Shown here: positions 39,534 to 49,538 of the stretch, one piece after another | How the letters are laid out: the number at the start of each line of letters is the position of its first letter | How positions within the stretch are numbered: the first letter of the stretch is position 1 | NCBI GenBank assembly: GCA_035528115.1 | Contig: DATKZF010000003.1 | Span: 227,795-291,794, forward strand | Direction of reading: 5' to 3' | Length of the DNA: 64,000 bases | DNA from: Candidatus Bipolaricaulota bacterium | GTDB taxonomy: Bacteria; Patescibacteriota; Patescibacteriia; UBA11705; DATKZF01 | The notes under the pieces: model-generated | Database searches by the model: none | The model's input: the letters and a program-made list of their open reading frames with translations, nothing else | Told to the model about the DNA's origin: nothing | Program-made: the position numbers and the translations under genes

Positions 39534-40457
39534 TCAATTTTGTAAAGGCTTTCCCCCGCTTTTGCCGCTGAAAATTTCCAAATTGTCGCCATCGGAAAAT
39601 ATCGAAATTTGCTCGTCTTCATCCGTTCTGAAAATATCAATGCCCAGGCGCTCCAGACGACGAACCACGGAAAGATGCGGATGGCCGAAGCTATTGTTTT
39701 CGCCGACCGAAATAACGGAGTATTGCGGATTTACCGCGGTCAAAAATTCCTCGGAGGATGAACTCGAACTGCCATGATGGCCTATTTTTATAATATCGGA
39801 AGCGACATCAACTTCATAATTCAATATTTTATTCTCCACGGGAATTTCAGCGTCCCCCATGAACAAAAAACTTTTGCGGCCGAAAACCAATCGATTCACG
39901 ATCGAAGTATCATTCAAATCACCGGCCTCATCAATATCTTTTTTCTCAAAAGGATAAATGAATTTTAAAATCGCGCCATCGCCGAAATCCAGATCTCGGG
40001 GCGTATCGACTATTTCCAAAGTAATTTCTTTATCTTTGATAATTTGCAAAAATTCCAGAAATGCCGGGGAATTGGAGATCGCTCCCGTGTAATAAATCTT
40101 GCCCACCTCATATCTTTTAACGACTTCAATCAAACCGTTCAAATGATCCGCGTGCGGATGAGTTAAGACAACGGCGTCTATTTTTCGGTCAAAAAACGAC
40201 AAATTGGCTCCCAACTTATCCAAAACAGAAGTATCCGGACCGCCGTCGATCAATATTTTTTGCGCCGAAGGAGTGATGATCAAGCTGGCGTCGCCTTGGC
40301 CGACATCCAAAAAATAAACCGCCAGCCTGCTTTCGGCGGGCAGCGACGCTTGAGAATTGACGCCGAAACCGGTCAATTCTTCTTTGATGATCAAGCCCAT
40401 CAAAATCAATACCGCGGCCAATAAACTAACCGTTATTTTTTTTAAGTTTTTTCGCAT
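39534..40457 (-). CDS. ComEC/Rec2 C-terminal metallo-beta-lactamase-fold domain protein, as a separate ORF
   Basis: 307 aa. 'DVGQGDASLIITP...VLTHPHADHLNGL' is the MBL motif. It has its own N-terminal TM helix. It overlaps the upstream ComEC channel ORF by 32 nt in a different frame. Confidence 0.75.
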   Translation of the reverse strand: MRKNLKKITVSLLAAVLILMGLIIKEELTGFGVNSQASLPAESRLAVYFLDVGQGDASLIITPSAQKILIDGGPDTSVLDKLGANLSFFDRKIDAVVLTHPHADHLNGLIEVVKRYEVGKIYYTGAISNSPAFLEFLQIIKDKEITLEIVDTPRDLDFGDGAILKFIYPFEKKDIDEAGDLNDTSIVNRLVFGRKSFLFMGDAEIPVENKILNYEVDVASDIIKIGHHGSSSSSSEEFLTAVNPQYSVISVGENNSFGHPHLSVVRRLERLGIDIFRTDEDEQISIFSDGDNLEIFSGKSGGKPLQN

Positions 40458-41889
40458 AAAATATTATAAAGACGGAAATTATCGCGTAGCAAAAAAGCAT
40501 GGACGCCAAACCGAATTTCACATCAACGGACGCCCAGCCGATGGCTGACAAATATTTAACCGCGCTGATGATGTATTGCTCGACCAGCCAAGTCAACCAG
40601 CTGACGATTTGCCCCAATTCAACGGATATTATCGAGATGACCAGGCCGATAAAACCGCACAACATGGCCAGCGGGATTACGGATAAAATCAGAATATTGG
40701 CCAGAGGAGCGATAAGAGACACCCTGTTGAAATTATACATTATCAGCGGCATGGTGGCCATGATGGCCGCCAGTGTGGTGGAAAAATTTTCTCGCAACGC
40801 GAACTTTTGCGGCAGCCAGGAAAAAAACTTTTCCATCGGCTTCGAGATATAAATCAAGCCGATCGTGGCCAAAAAAGAAAGCTGAAAGCCAAGATCGAAA
40901 AAAAGTATTTTGGGATTGATCGCGGCCATGACAAACACGGCGAGAATCAAAACATGGCCGGTTTTGGTTTTTCTGCCCAGCTGCGAGGCGGCCATGATCG
41001 TCAACCCCATGACCGCGGCTCTGACCACGGCCGCGCTCATTCCGCACAAAAAAACAAAACAGATAACGCCGGCCGCGGAAAAATAAAACGCTTTTTTTCT
41101 GCCTATAAAAACGGCTTTCAAAAAATTGGCCAAAGCCGCGGCCACCACCGTGATGTTATAGCCGGAAACGGCAATGATGTGCGTGACGCCGACTCGAGTG
41201 AAAGCGTCGGTCAAATCCGACGGAATACCCTTTCGGGCGCCCAAGAGCAACCCGGCCAAAAAAGAAGCGTGAGGCTCCGGCAAAATCAAATTTATTTTGT
41301 TCAATAAATACTTTTTCGCTTTAAGCAAATATTTTTCGAAATAATGCCCGTCCACTTTCCCCAATATTTGCATCTTCGGATTATAACAAGTTGAAAAAAT
41401 CTTTTTGCCCGATAAATATCTGCCGTAATCGAATTCATCGATCAACCCCGGCTTCTTTAACAAGCATTCGATCTTTACTTTTTGTCCGAATTCATAAATC
41501 GGGTATGAGTCCACCTTGACCAAAACCAAACCCTCCGTTTTTTTGCCGTTCAATTCGGTCGCGGCCACGGTCAATTTCTGATGATCAGCTCTTTGATCGA
41601 CCTCTTGCGCGATATAGCCAGAAAACGAGACTTTTTCTTCATTGTAATAATGAATAAAGTTCTCGGTCATCGGCGGATCAAAACGGCCAAACCAATAAAA
41701 ACCCGAAACAAGTCCGATAATCGCCAACGCTGCGGCCAATCTGTACGAAGAGAACAAGACGCCAAGCATCAAACCCGAAATGACGACAAGCAAAATCAAG
41801 TCGGCGCCAAAACTGGCCAAGCAAATTCCTGCGATAAATAAAATCAGCGATAAATAAAATTTTTTGCTCAGTGAAAAATTTTTAAACAT
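40426..41889 (-). CDS. comEC: ComEC/Rec2 competence membrane channel (DUF4131 plus Competence domain)
   Basis: 487-aa polytopic membrane protein with the ComEC pattern ('GVTHIIAVSGYNI', 'LSFLATIGLI'). Confidence 0.75.
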   Translation of the reverse strand: MFKNFSLSKKFYLSLILFIAGICLASFGADLILLVVISGLMLGVLFSSYRLAAALAIIGLVSGFYWFGRFDPPMTENFIHYYNEEKVSFSGYIAQEVDQRADHQKLTVAATELNGKKTEGLVLVKVDSYPIYEFGQKVKIECLLKKPGLIDEFDYGRYLSGKKIFSTCYNPKMQILGKVDGHYFEKYLLKAKKYLLNKINLILPEPHASFLAGLLLGARKGIPSDLTDAFTRVGVTHIIAVSGYNITVVAAALANFLKAVFIGRKKAFYFSAAGVICFVFLCGMSAAVVRAAVMGLTIMAASQLGRKTKTGHVLILAVFVMAAINPKILFFDLGFQLSFLATIGLIYISKPMEKFFSWLPQKFALRENFSTTLAAIMATMPLIMYNFNRVSLIAPLANILILSVIPLAMLCGFIGLVISIISVELGQIVSWLTWLVEQYIISAVKYLSAIGWASVDVKFGLASMLFCYAIISVFIIFYAKKLKKNNG

Positions 41890-41930
41890 AAAACCCCTCC
41901 GGTTGGAGGGGTTCCGCTATGTTGAAAATT

Positions 41931-42344
41931 TTATTGTTGGGCTTTGAAATCCAAAATGGCGGTCACCACTTTGGAATCGTCTTGCAAGTCTTCGATAAAC
42001 AAAACATGGTCTTTGTTTATTTCCATTCTATCCATCGGTCCGTGCAGTTCATTTCCCAATTTAATCAAACTCAAATCAGGCGTTGTTTCGCTTCCCGCTT
42101 GTTGCTCTTGAAGCGGTTCTTTCAATTGCAAATAATAAATGTCTTTCAACAAGACATAACTCGCGTTTTTATTGGTTAATTTTCCGAAATATACCTGACC
42201 GTTTGTCAAAAAAACAGCTTGGTAATCCGATTTATTGAAGCCGCGCCGATAAATGAAAAAATATGCGGCCCCGGCGACAATAATCAAAATCATCAAGGCC
42301 AAAATCATGGCGAATTTTGAATTTGATCCTTCTTTTTGCGGCAT
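41931..42344 (-). CDS. Hypothetical small N-terminally anchored protein
   Basis: 137-aa ORF with one N-terminal TM helix, immediately downstream of the giant surface protein gene. Confidence 0.4.
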   Translation of the reverse strand: MPQKEGSNSKFAMILALMILIIVAGAAYFFIYRRGFNKSDYQAVFLTNGQVYFGKLTNKNASYVLLKDIYYLQLKEPLQEQQAGSETTPDLSLIKLGNELHGPMDRMEINKDHVLFIEDLQDDSKVVTAILDFKAQQ

Positions 42345-42410
42345 AAATATTTTTTATTTAATTTTCAATTATTAATATAATACAATAAAAAACACGCAAA
42401 TGCAAATGGG

Positions 42411-45400
42411 TTATTCACTTGGAGGTAAAGCCGGAGTCTGTTCGGCAGGCGCGGGTTCAACGGGCGTCGGCTCGATCGGCTCAGGTTCGACGGGAACGGG
42501 TTCGATCAGCGCTGGTTCTGCCGGAGTCGGCTCTGGCAAAACAGGTTCCTCGATTATTGGCTCGCTTGCCGGCTCAATGGGTTCCTCCGGCGCGTCAATA
42601 ATTTCTTCCGGAGCGATTGGCTCTTCTTCGGGAATAATGGGTTCATCCGGCGCAACGGGTTCAATATTGTTCTCCCCGAAAACCTGCTGAATTAAATCCG
42701 CGCCCAAAACTATCACCAAATCGCTGTTGCCGTAAAAACCGACTTCCCCGCTCATCAAATCAAACGGCACGACTTCTCCGCCCGTAATGCTTTGAATTTC
42801 CAGCAAAGCGTTTTGATCAATATTCAAATCGACCTGATAAATTTCAGTATTATCATAGCGCATGATCGGATCTTGACCTATATAAACGGTATAACCCAGC
42901 CCGCGCAAACTTTCCACGATATTTACGATATCCAAATTCGCTCCGTTAAGCAAAGTGATTTCAATCATTGACCGATCAATGGTCACTTCCGGTAAAACCG
43001 GCTCGCCGGCGTCCGCTTCGTTGCCCACGACTCCGAAAGCCAGCCAGGAAAAATTTATTGAGAAGGCGCAAACGCCATTATTATTGAACGTCTCTTCCGG
43101 CAAACAAAGCGGCTCGGCTATGTTTATGGTGAACCCTTCTTTGCTCTTGCCGGTAATGACGAATCTGCCGTCCCAGATGTCAAAAGCGTTGTCGGCCGCG
43201 GTCAAACCGTATAATTCCGGGGTCACGGAAATTCTGGGCAATTCTTCATAAGGCCTATCGAAATTGACCTTAACGAACGTCAGATCCGCCGAAGCGATGG
43301 TCGCGACTCCGGACATTTCGTCGCTGACATAAATTCTCTTTTCAGCGGTCAGATCTCCGGCCACGCTCAAACCGCCTTCGACTCGCAAGTCCGCCAAAAT
43401 CTTCATGTCCGTTTTCACTTCCAAATATTTGTCCGCTCCGTCAGGATAAACGACAGTCAAGACTTCGGCCAAGGAAGAATCGGTTAAATTAAGAGCCGCG
43501 TCCGGACCGATGATGGCCGAAATGGGATCGGAAACCAAATCTCCGGATCCTTCAAGCAAGGCCGCGGCCAAGGCGTTCGAGCCGTTATTTCTGGAAATTA
43601 AAACTTTGATGCTGTCAGACCCCGAGAACAAAGATTCCAACGCGATACCGATGGTCGGATCGCCGAGCGAAGCTTTCATGGCCACGCCGGGGATTGACGA
43701 GGTCGTCAAATAATCTCCTTGCCTGATGGCGCCGTTTTCGACATTGACTTTGGTGGGCAACTGTCCGATCAAACCGATCAATTTGTAATGTGTGTTGTTG
43801 TCGCCGTACCGATCGTTGCCGACAAATGCCGGGGACGTAGACACCACTCCCATGGCCAGCGCGTCCGACGAGGCAACGCAACGTTTCACCCCGTTGCTGT
43901 GTGCTCTGTCCACGCAAACTATTTCTCCGGGCACAAGATTAGAATCAATACTGAAGAAATATTCCGCATAGTCGGATCCGGTGGAAGCGTAAGTGACGCC
44001 ATCCGCGCCATTGCCGTGGATTTTTCCTCCTTCGGTGCCGTCGCCGTCCGCGAACTGCACCCATTTATTCGTGGCGCCAAAGCCCGCGTCTTCTCCGGCC
44101 TGAATCCAGACTCCCATATTGCCGGTGGTGCCGCCGTCATTGAATACTTTCAACGAATAATCCGAAGATTTGCTGTTGATCTCAGCGTCGCCGTTGATTC
44201 TAAAAAGCTGGTTGGCGATGGAACTCGCGAATTCCCCGTAAACCAAAGACAAAGTTTGATCTTGAAGTCTATTGGAGTTAGCAGAAGCTTTACTGCTTAT
44301 ATACAATTTATAAGAATCGGAAGTGGTGGTGGCGGAAGCTCCGGCATAAGATCCAATGGCCACATTATAAGTTCCAGTATCCAAATCATCCAAGGCGTAG
44401 TTTCCCAGCGCCACATTATATGAACCCGTGGTAAAATCATCCAGGGTCGACCTGCCTATACCGATATTATAATTGCCCCCGGCTGATGTTCCCGCTCCCG
44501 CCGCATTGTAACCGACGCCGATATTGTATGTTCCGGTGAGAATGTAATATCCGCTTTGAAAGCCAATCATGGTATTAGATCCTCCAGTCGCTCTATATAA
44601 CGAATCAGTACCAACCGCGGTGCTGTAACTGTTTGTTGAAATTGCTTGCAAAGAATTTCTGCCGACCGCTACATTCTCGTGGCCGCTAGTATTTGAATCA
44701 AGGGTGTTAGCGCCAACAGCAACACTGTCAAAACCACCTGCGGTGGCGGTCATTGAGTTAAACCCAATTGCCACGTTGTAATATGCCGTATCATCAGCGA
44801 CCGCCAAGGCGCTGCTTCCTATCGCCACATTATGATGAGCTAGAGAAGTTGCCACTGAACTCAAAGCGTTATTACCCATCGCCACATTATTGGCACCGAC
44901 ATTATTAGTCATGGCTCCGGAGCCTACCGCTACATTATAGTCTCCGGTATTAAGCATCAGGGCCTCATAACCAATGGCGGTATTATAACTGTTTGCGCTG
45001 ACCGCTGATAATGATGAATATCCAACTGCGGTATTGTATGATCCCGTATGGGAATTCATGGCATTATATCCCACCGCCGTGAGACCAGACTGGGTGTTCG
45101 CCGTCTGCAACACGCCCGGACCTATACCGACGTTATAATCGCCCGTGGTGAGAGCGGCCAGCGCTGACTCGCCGACAGAAATATTGTATGTGCCTCCGGC
45201 CTGAACCACCGCCAGAGCGCTCGGACCGACGGCCACCGAATTGTTGTCAAAATCAAGATAACCGCTGCCCACTGTCAATCTCTTCCCGGCGACATTAAAC
45301 CACAATTCAGCATCAGCGGTCGCGTTAGAGCCGATGACCAAATCATCATTGCTTGCGGTTAAATATGTAAAAGTTCCGGCATCGGTAAAAAGACCGGATC

Positions 45401-48400
45401 CTCCCGGCGCGGCGCCGGTCAGGCTCGCCCAAGTCGCGCCCGTGTAGCCTTCAAAATCCCCTCCCGTCCAGCGCAAATTACCGGCCGTGGTATCATCCGT
45501 ATTGCCTATTCTGATGCCGTCGCTGAAACCGACCACGGTGGCCGTCGCGTTGTCGATGATCGAACCGTTGCTGAGCTGAATGTCTCCGCTGGTAAAAGTC
45601 AGGCCGTTCATGTCAATTCCATAGCCCGCGCTGCCGCTGTCCGAAGCCAGACTGATATAACTGTCGATAAAAGCGTTTTTGGAAACGACTTGCAAACCGT
45701 ACGCTCCGTTGACTTCAGTTCCGGAAGCATCGACGATAATTTTACCGCCGTAAATGCTGTCCGCGGACGCGCCTCCCGAATTGGTCACGGACACATTGAA
45801 TCCATATAACTTTTGAGCGACCGCGCTTTGATTGGTTAAAGCGAAATTGTAACCGTACAAAGAACCGCTGAAACCCGCTTGTCCCAAGGCCGAACCGCCG
45901 TATCCGGTCGCATTTCCGCTGCCGGAATGATATAGAAGATTGTCAAAACCCGTTAAACTGCCCGCCCCGGAATGCGAAAGGATGTTCCATGAACCTCTTA
46001 CCGAACCGACACCGTCAAAGCCGCCTTGTCCGGTATCCGCAAAATCCCAAAAAGTGTAACCGACTATATCAGAAGTGGCGGTCGTGCCATCAACATTCAC
46101 ATTATTTGCGATGCGCAAAGTGCCGGCCTCATCAGCGGCATGGATTCCCAGCGTAATTTGCTGGCCCATTAAATTATTATATGCTCCCGTTAAAGCGGCC
46201 GATGAGCCCGCGTAAATATCTATCGCCTGAAGATTGTTGGTGTTGCCGCGGAAATTAACGTCCAAGGCGGCCGACGCGTGAGCGTCGCTTGAAGCGTCAA
46301 TGGCCAATTGCTGCGAACCGACCGTATTGTTGAATAAAAACGGAGCGTCAGCCGTGGCATTTGAACCGATAACCAAATCATCGCCGCTAGCCGTTAAATA
46401 TGTAAAAGTTCCGGCATCGGTAAAAAGACTTGATCCTCCCGGAGCGGCGCCGGTCAGGCTCTCCCAAGTCGCGCCCGTGTACCCTTCGAAATCCGCGCCC
46501 GTCCATCTAATATTGCCGGCCGTGGTATCGTCGGTATTGCCGATTCTGATGCCATCGCTGAAACCGGTTACGGTCGCGGTGGCATTGGAAATGATCGAAC
46601 CGTTGCTCAGCTCGATATCGCCACTGGCGAAAGTCAGTCCATTCATGGTCAAACCATAGCCGGCGCTGCCGCTGTCCGAGGTCAAACTGATATAATTTTC
46701 GATGTAAGCGTTTTTTGAAACTATCTGCAATCCGTAAGCGCCATTAACTTCGGCCCCGGACGCGTCAACCGTAATTTTTCCTCCATAGATGGAATCCGCT
46801 GACGCGCCTCCGGAATTGGTCACGGCAATATCCATGCCAAGCAAACTCTGCGCGGACGCGCTTTGATTGGTTAACGTAAGTTTGTAGCCGTACAATGACC
46901 CGCTGAATGAACCCGAACCATACACTTGCGGATTCACTCCATAAACGGTGCCGCTGCCCGAGCTGGTGGTGGAGCCGCCAAGGCCGGTTACCGAACCGCT
47001 ACCCGTATGCCACAAATAATTTTGAAAACCGGTCAGACTACCGCTGCCCGTATGGGAGATTAAAGAATACGCGCCGGTCGCCGAACCGACTCCGGACAAA
47101 CCATCTTGTCCGGTCTGAGAATTATCGAAAAAAGCGTAACCAATGATATCCGAAGTGGCGTTCGTGCCATCCACGTCGACATTATTCGCAATGCGAAAAG
47201 TGCCGGCCGTGTCCGCCGCGTTATAACCCAGCGTGACTGCTTGACCGAAAAGAAAAGCGCTGGCGCCCAAACCCGCTGATGACCCAGCGTAAATATCAAC
47301 GGCTTTAAGATTATCCGCGCTGCCGCGAAAATCAATATTCAAAGCTGATGTCGCGTTAGCGTCCGTGGAAGCATTAATTGCCAATTGACGCGAACCGCTG
47401 GTAGGGTCAAATAAAAACGGAGCGTCAGCCGTGGCGTTCGCGCCGAAAACCAATTGATCGGTCGAGGCCGTCAAATACGTGAACGAGCCGGCATCCGTAA
47501 ACAAACTGCCGCCCGGTCCGATGCCCGCGATGGCCGCGTCCAAATCTTCGATCACTCCTTGCACATTATTTTTCGTTGAATAAGTCAAACCATCGGAATA
47601 CACGCCGACATTATACGCGCCGCTGTCATCGGCGGCCGTAAATTCGCCCAAGGCGGTGGTGCCGATCACCAAGTCGCTGGACGCGGTCAAAGTCAGTTGA
47701 TTAACCACGGTTAAATTTTGTCCGAAATAGCCGTCATCTTCCACGTAAAGTCCGTAATCCCAAGCCGTGCCCGCCTGATAAATGGCGTATTCATTGCCGG
47801 CGCCGGCAGCGCCTTGCAAATCTTTGATATAAAGTCCGTACAAAGCGTCGCCGTCGGTCGCGTCTTGAGTGGCGGTCATTTGCAAAATCGACATGGTGTT
47901 GGCGCCGGAGTTCGTATTGGCCGTGAATTGCAAATTCAAAGCGTCGCCCGTCGTTCCCGAAACCGTATGTGAATATTTGCCCGTGACAATTTCGTCTTCA
48001 GCCAAAATGGCGAATCCGTCACCGTCCTGACCGTTTAATTTACCCGCGTTAATCGCGTAAGCCACGGCCGTGATTTCTTTTCGGGGCGACATCTCGCCAT
48101 CCCAAGACGCGGCGCCGGCTTTGCCGCCGACTTCCACGCTCAGCCAATAACCGGCTTCGGTCTGAAAATCGAGCGTGGCCGGAAAGGCCATCAAATCTCC
48201 GAGCTTCAATGAAAATAATCCCGAATCAACCGTCGCCAACGAAGTCGTGTCAGTCCAAGTCTCCGTCCAAAGCAAATCACCTGCGCTTTCGGCGTTGTAA
48301 ATTTTGAATCTGACATGATAATATCCGTCTTTGACTTCTTTGCCGTTGCTGTCAAAAAGCCTGGCTTGATAATTCAAATAATTGCTCACCGCGGCTTTGG

Positions 48401-48524
48401 TTTCCGGAGAATGCGTATTAAAAGCGTAAAAACCCATGGCCAAACAAACAATCAAAAATATCACCAGCTTGTACGGGCTCGCTTGATCGCGGGTCGAAAT
48501 AATTTTATCGAATTGTCTTTTCAC
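42411..48524 (-). CDS. Giant (2037-aa) N-terminally anchored cell-surface repeat protein. It has about 340-aa tandem domain repeats, tail-fibre-like NxAxGxxAL repeats and a Pro/Glu/Ile-rich C-terminal tail.
   Basis: Single long ORF with an N-terminal TM segment 'LVIFLIVCLAMGFYAF'. An about 340-aa unit occurs 2.5 times ('GGSLFTDAG(S/T)FTYLTAS...GDI(E/Q)LSNGSII(S/D)NATATV'). A block of 'YN(T/V)A(I/V)G..A(L/M)..NT.G' repeats follows. The C-terminus is 'EPIIPEEEPIAPEE...PVPVEPEPIEPTPVEP'. Confidence 0.8.
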   Translation of the reverse strand: MKRQFDKIISTRDQASPYKLVIFLIVCLAMGFYAFNTHSPETKAAVSNYLNYQARLFDSNGKEVKDGYYHVRFKIYNAESAGDLLWTETWTDTTSLATVDSGLFSLKLGDLMAFPATLDFQTEAGYWLSVEVGGKAGAASWDGEMSPRKEITAVAYAINAGKLNGQDGDGFAILAEDEIVTGKYSHTVSGTTGDALNLQFTANTNSGANTMSILQMTATQDATDGDALYGLYIKDLQGAAGAGNEYAIYQAGTAWDYGLYVEDDGYFGQNLTVVNQLTLTASSDLVIGTTALGEFTAADDSGAYNVGVYSDGLTYSTKNNVQGVIEDLDAAIAGIGPGGSLFTDAGSFTYLTASTDQLVFGANATADAPFLFDPTSGSRQLAINASTDANATSALNIDFRGSADNLKAVDIYAGSSAGLGASAFLFGQAVTLGYNAADTAGTFRIANNVDVDGTNATSDIIGYAFFDNSQTGQDGLSGVGSATGAYSLISHTGSGSLTGFQNYLWHTGSGSVTGLGGSTTSSGSGTVYGVNPQVYGSGSFSGSLYGYKLTLTNQSASAQSLLGMDIAVTNSGGASADSIYGGKITVDASGAEVNGAYGLQIVSKNAYIENYISLTSDSGSAGYGLTMNGLTFASGDIELSNGSIISNATATVTGFSDGIRIGNTDDTTAGNIRWTGADFEGYTGATWESLTGAAPGGSSLFTDAGTFTYLTASGDDLVIGSNATADAPFLFNNTVGSQQLAIDASSDAHASAALDVNFRGNTNNLQAIDIYAGSSAALTGAYNNLMGQQITLGIHAADEAGTLRIANNVNVDGTTATSDIVGYTFWDFADTGQGGFDGVGSVRGSWNILSHSGAGSLTGFDNLLYHSGSGNATGYGGSALGQAGFSGSLYGYNFALTNQSAVAQKLYGFNVSVTNSGGASADSIYGGKIIVDASGTEVNGAYGLQVVSKNAFIDSYISLASDSGSAGYGIDMNGLTFTSGDIQLSNGSIIDNATATVVGFSDGIRIGNTDDTTAGNLRWTGGDFEGYTGATWASLTGAAPGGSGLFTDAGTFTYLTASNDDLVIGSNATADAELWFNVAGKRLTVGSGYLDFDNNSVAVGPSALAVVQAGGTYNISVGESALAALTTGDYNVGIGPGVLQTANTQSGLTAVGYNAMNSHTGSYNTAVGYSSLSAVSANSYNTAIGYEALMLNTGDYNVAVGSGAMTNNVGANNVAMGNNALSSVATSLAHHNVAIGSSALAVADDTAYYNVAIGFNSMTATAGGFDSVAVGANTLDSNTSGHENVAVGRNSLQAISTNSYSTAVGTDSLYRATGGSNTMIGFQSGYYILTGTYNIGVGYNAAGAGTSAGGNYNIGIGRSTLDDFTTGSYNVALGNYALDDLDTGTYNVAIGSYAGASATTTSDSYKLYISSKASANSNRLQDQTLSLVYGEFASSIANQLFRINGDAEINSKSSDYSLKVFNDGGTTGNMGVWIQAGEDAGFGATNKWVQFADGDGTEGGKIHGNGADGVTYASTGSDYAEYFFSIDSNLVPGEIVCVDRAHSNGVKRCVASSDALAMGVVSTSPAFVGNDRYGDNNTHYKLIGLIGQLPTKVNVENGAIRQGDYLTTSSIPGVAMKASLGDPTIGIALESLFSGSDSIKVLISRNNGSNALAAALLEGSGDLVSDPISAIIGPDAALNLTDSSLAEVLTVVYPDGADKYLEVKTDMKILADLRVEGGLSVAGDLTAEKRIYVSDEMSGVATIASADLTFVKVNFDRPYEELPRISVTPELYGLTAADNAFDIWDGRFVITGKSKEGFTINIAEPLCLPEETFNNNGVCAFSINFSWLAFGVVGNEADAGEPVLPEVTIDRSMIEITLLNGANLDIVNIVESLRGLGYTVYIGQDPIMRYDNTEIYQVDLNIDQNALLEIQSITGGEVVPFDLMSGEVGFYGNSDLVIVLGADLIQQVFGENNIEPVAPDEPIIPEEEPIAPEEIIDAPEEPIEPASEPIIEEPVLPEPTPAEPALIEPVPVEPEPIEPTPVEPAPAEQTPALPPSE
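45480..47510 (-). repeat. Intragenic tandem repeat (about 1.0-kb unit, two full copies plus a partial one) inside the giant surface protein gene
   Basis: Near-identical long protein segments recur with about 340-aa periodicity. Coordinates are approximate and derived from residue positions. Confidence 0.6.
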
Positions 48525-48527
48525 AGA

Positions 48528-49517
48528 CTACTTTTTTTCAACTTCTTCTTTTATTTCGTTTTTCTTTTGAGCCATTTTAATGATCGCCTTGTTGTAGCTT
48601 CTGAGCATCAGGTATAAAATCGCCAAGATCGCCAAACCGACCAACATCAAATGCCATGGAATAATCCAAAATTTCAAATTGCCGATGATTTTCTCATCAG
48701 GATCATCCTGCCAAGCCATTTCCAAATGAGCGGTGTATCTGCCAAAGCCGAAATTATGCCATTCGTTTTTCAATTCCTGAACGAAACTGCCCCGTTCTTC
48801 CGGACCTCGCCAAATCGGGTGAAACGCCCTGATGCTGTTCGGTAAAATATTGCCTTTTTTCGGATTGGCGGCAATCAACGCGGACGCGCCGATCCAGCCT
48901 GAAACCGAAATATCGCCGATCGGCTTGAAATGAACATTGCCCGAATTTTTGATTCTGATCAAAAATTCCACGGGCGGGCGATTAAAAACCTTTTTTCCGC
49001 TGGCCAAGGAAAACTCCACCAAATCCGCTCCCTGCCTGATATTGCCGGGCACCGTGACCAAAGTCAGCACACCCGTGTTCTCTCCCAAGCCCACGCCGCC
49101 GCTCTGCTCGGAACCCGGAGGTTCAGTGCTGGTGAACAAGGCCGCGTAATGTCCTCCCGGCTCGGCGTCGCTCGGCACTTTTATTTTAAAATTGATTTCT
49201 TTGGTCTCGCCGACCATAACCAGCATAAAAGGAAATTCGAATTCAACCCAGCTGGCCAAACCCATTTGACTGTCTTCTTCGGAAGCCAAACCGGCATCGC
49301 CTTCTTCGCCCCTGGCGTCGAAATTTCTGGCCATGAAATAATATATGCGCGGCGAATCCGTTTCATTTCTGATGCGATATGATCCTTCATAAACTTTGCC
49401 AGGCTCGACCACAATACCTTCAAGCACCGGTGGCATTACGGTCACGGCAAAACTCTCGCCGACAAAACCGAAAAATAATATTGAAACAAGTCCTAAAATA
49501 ATGAAAGTTTTTTTCAT
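48528..49517 (-). CDS. Cell-surface protein with a signal peptide, an Ig-like secreted domain, a C-terminal TM anchor and a Lys-rich tail (DUF916/DUF3324-like architecture)
   Basis: 329 aa. Signal peptide 'MKKTFIILGLVSILFFGFVGESFA'. A C-terminal TM 'WHLMLVGLAILAILYLML' is followed by a KK-rich cytoplasmic tail. The pattern of beta-strand motifs resembles WxL-locus DUF916 proteins. Confidence 0.5.
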   Translation of the reverse strand: MKKTFIILGLVSILFFGFVGESFAVTVMPPVLEGIVVEPGKVYEGSYRIRNETDSPRIYYFMARNFDARGEEGDAGLASEEDSQMGLASWVEFEFPFMLVMVGETKEINFKIKVPSDAEPGGHYAALFTSTEPPGSEQSGGVGLGENTGVLTLVTVPGNIRQGADLVEFSLASGKKVFNRPPVEFLIRIKNSGNVHFKPIGDISVSGWIGASALIAANPKKGNILPNSIRAFHPIWRGPEERGSFVQELKNEWHNFGFGRYTAHLEMAWQDDPDEKIIGNLKFWIIPWHLMLVGLAILAILYLMLRSYNKAIIKMAQKKNEIKEEVEKK

Positions 49518-49538
49518 AAAATGCGGAATTGGGAAATA

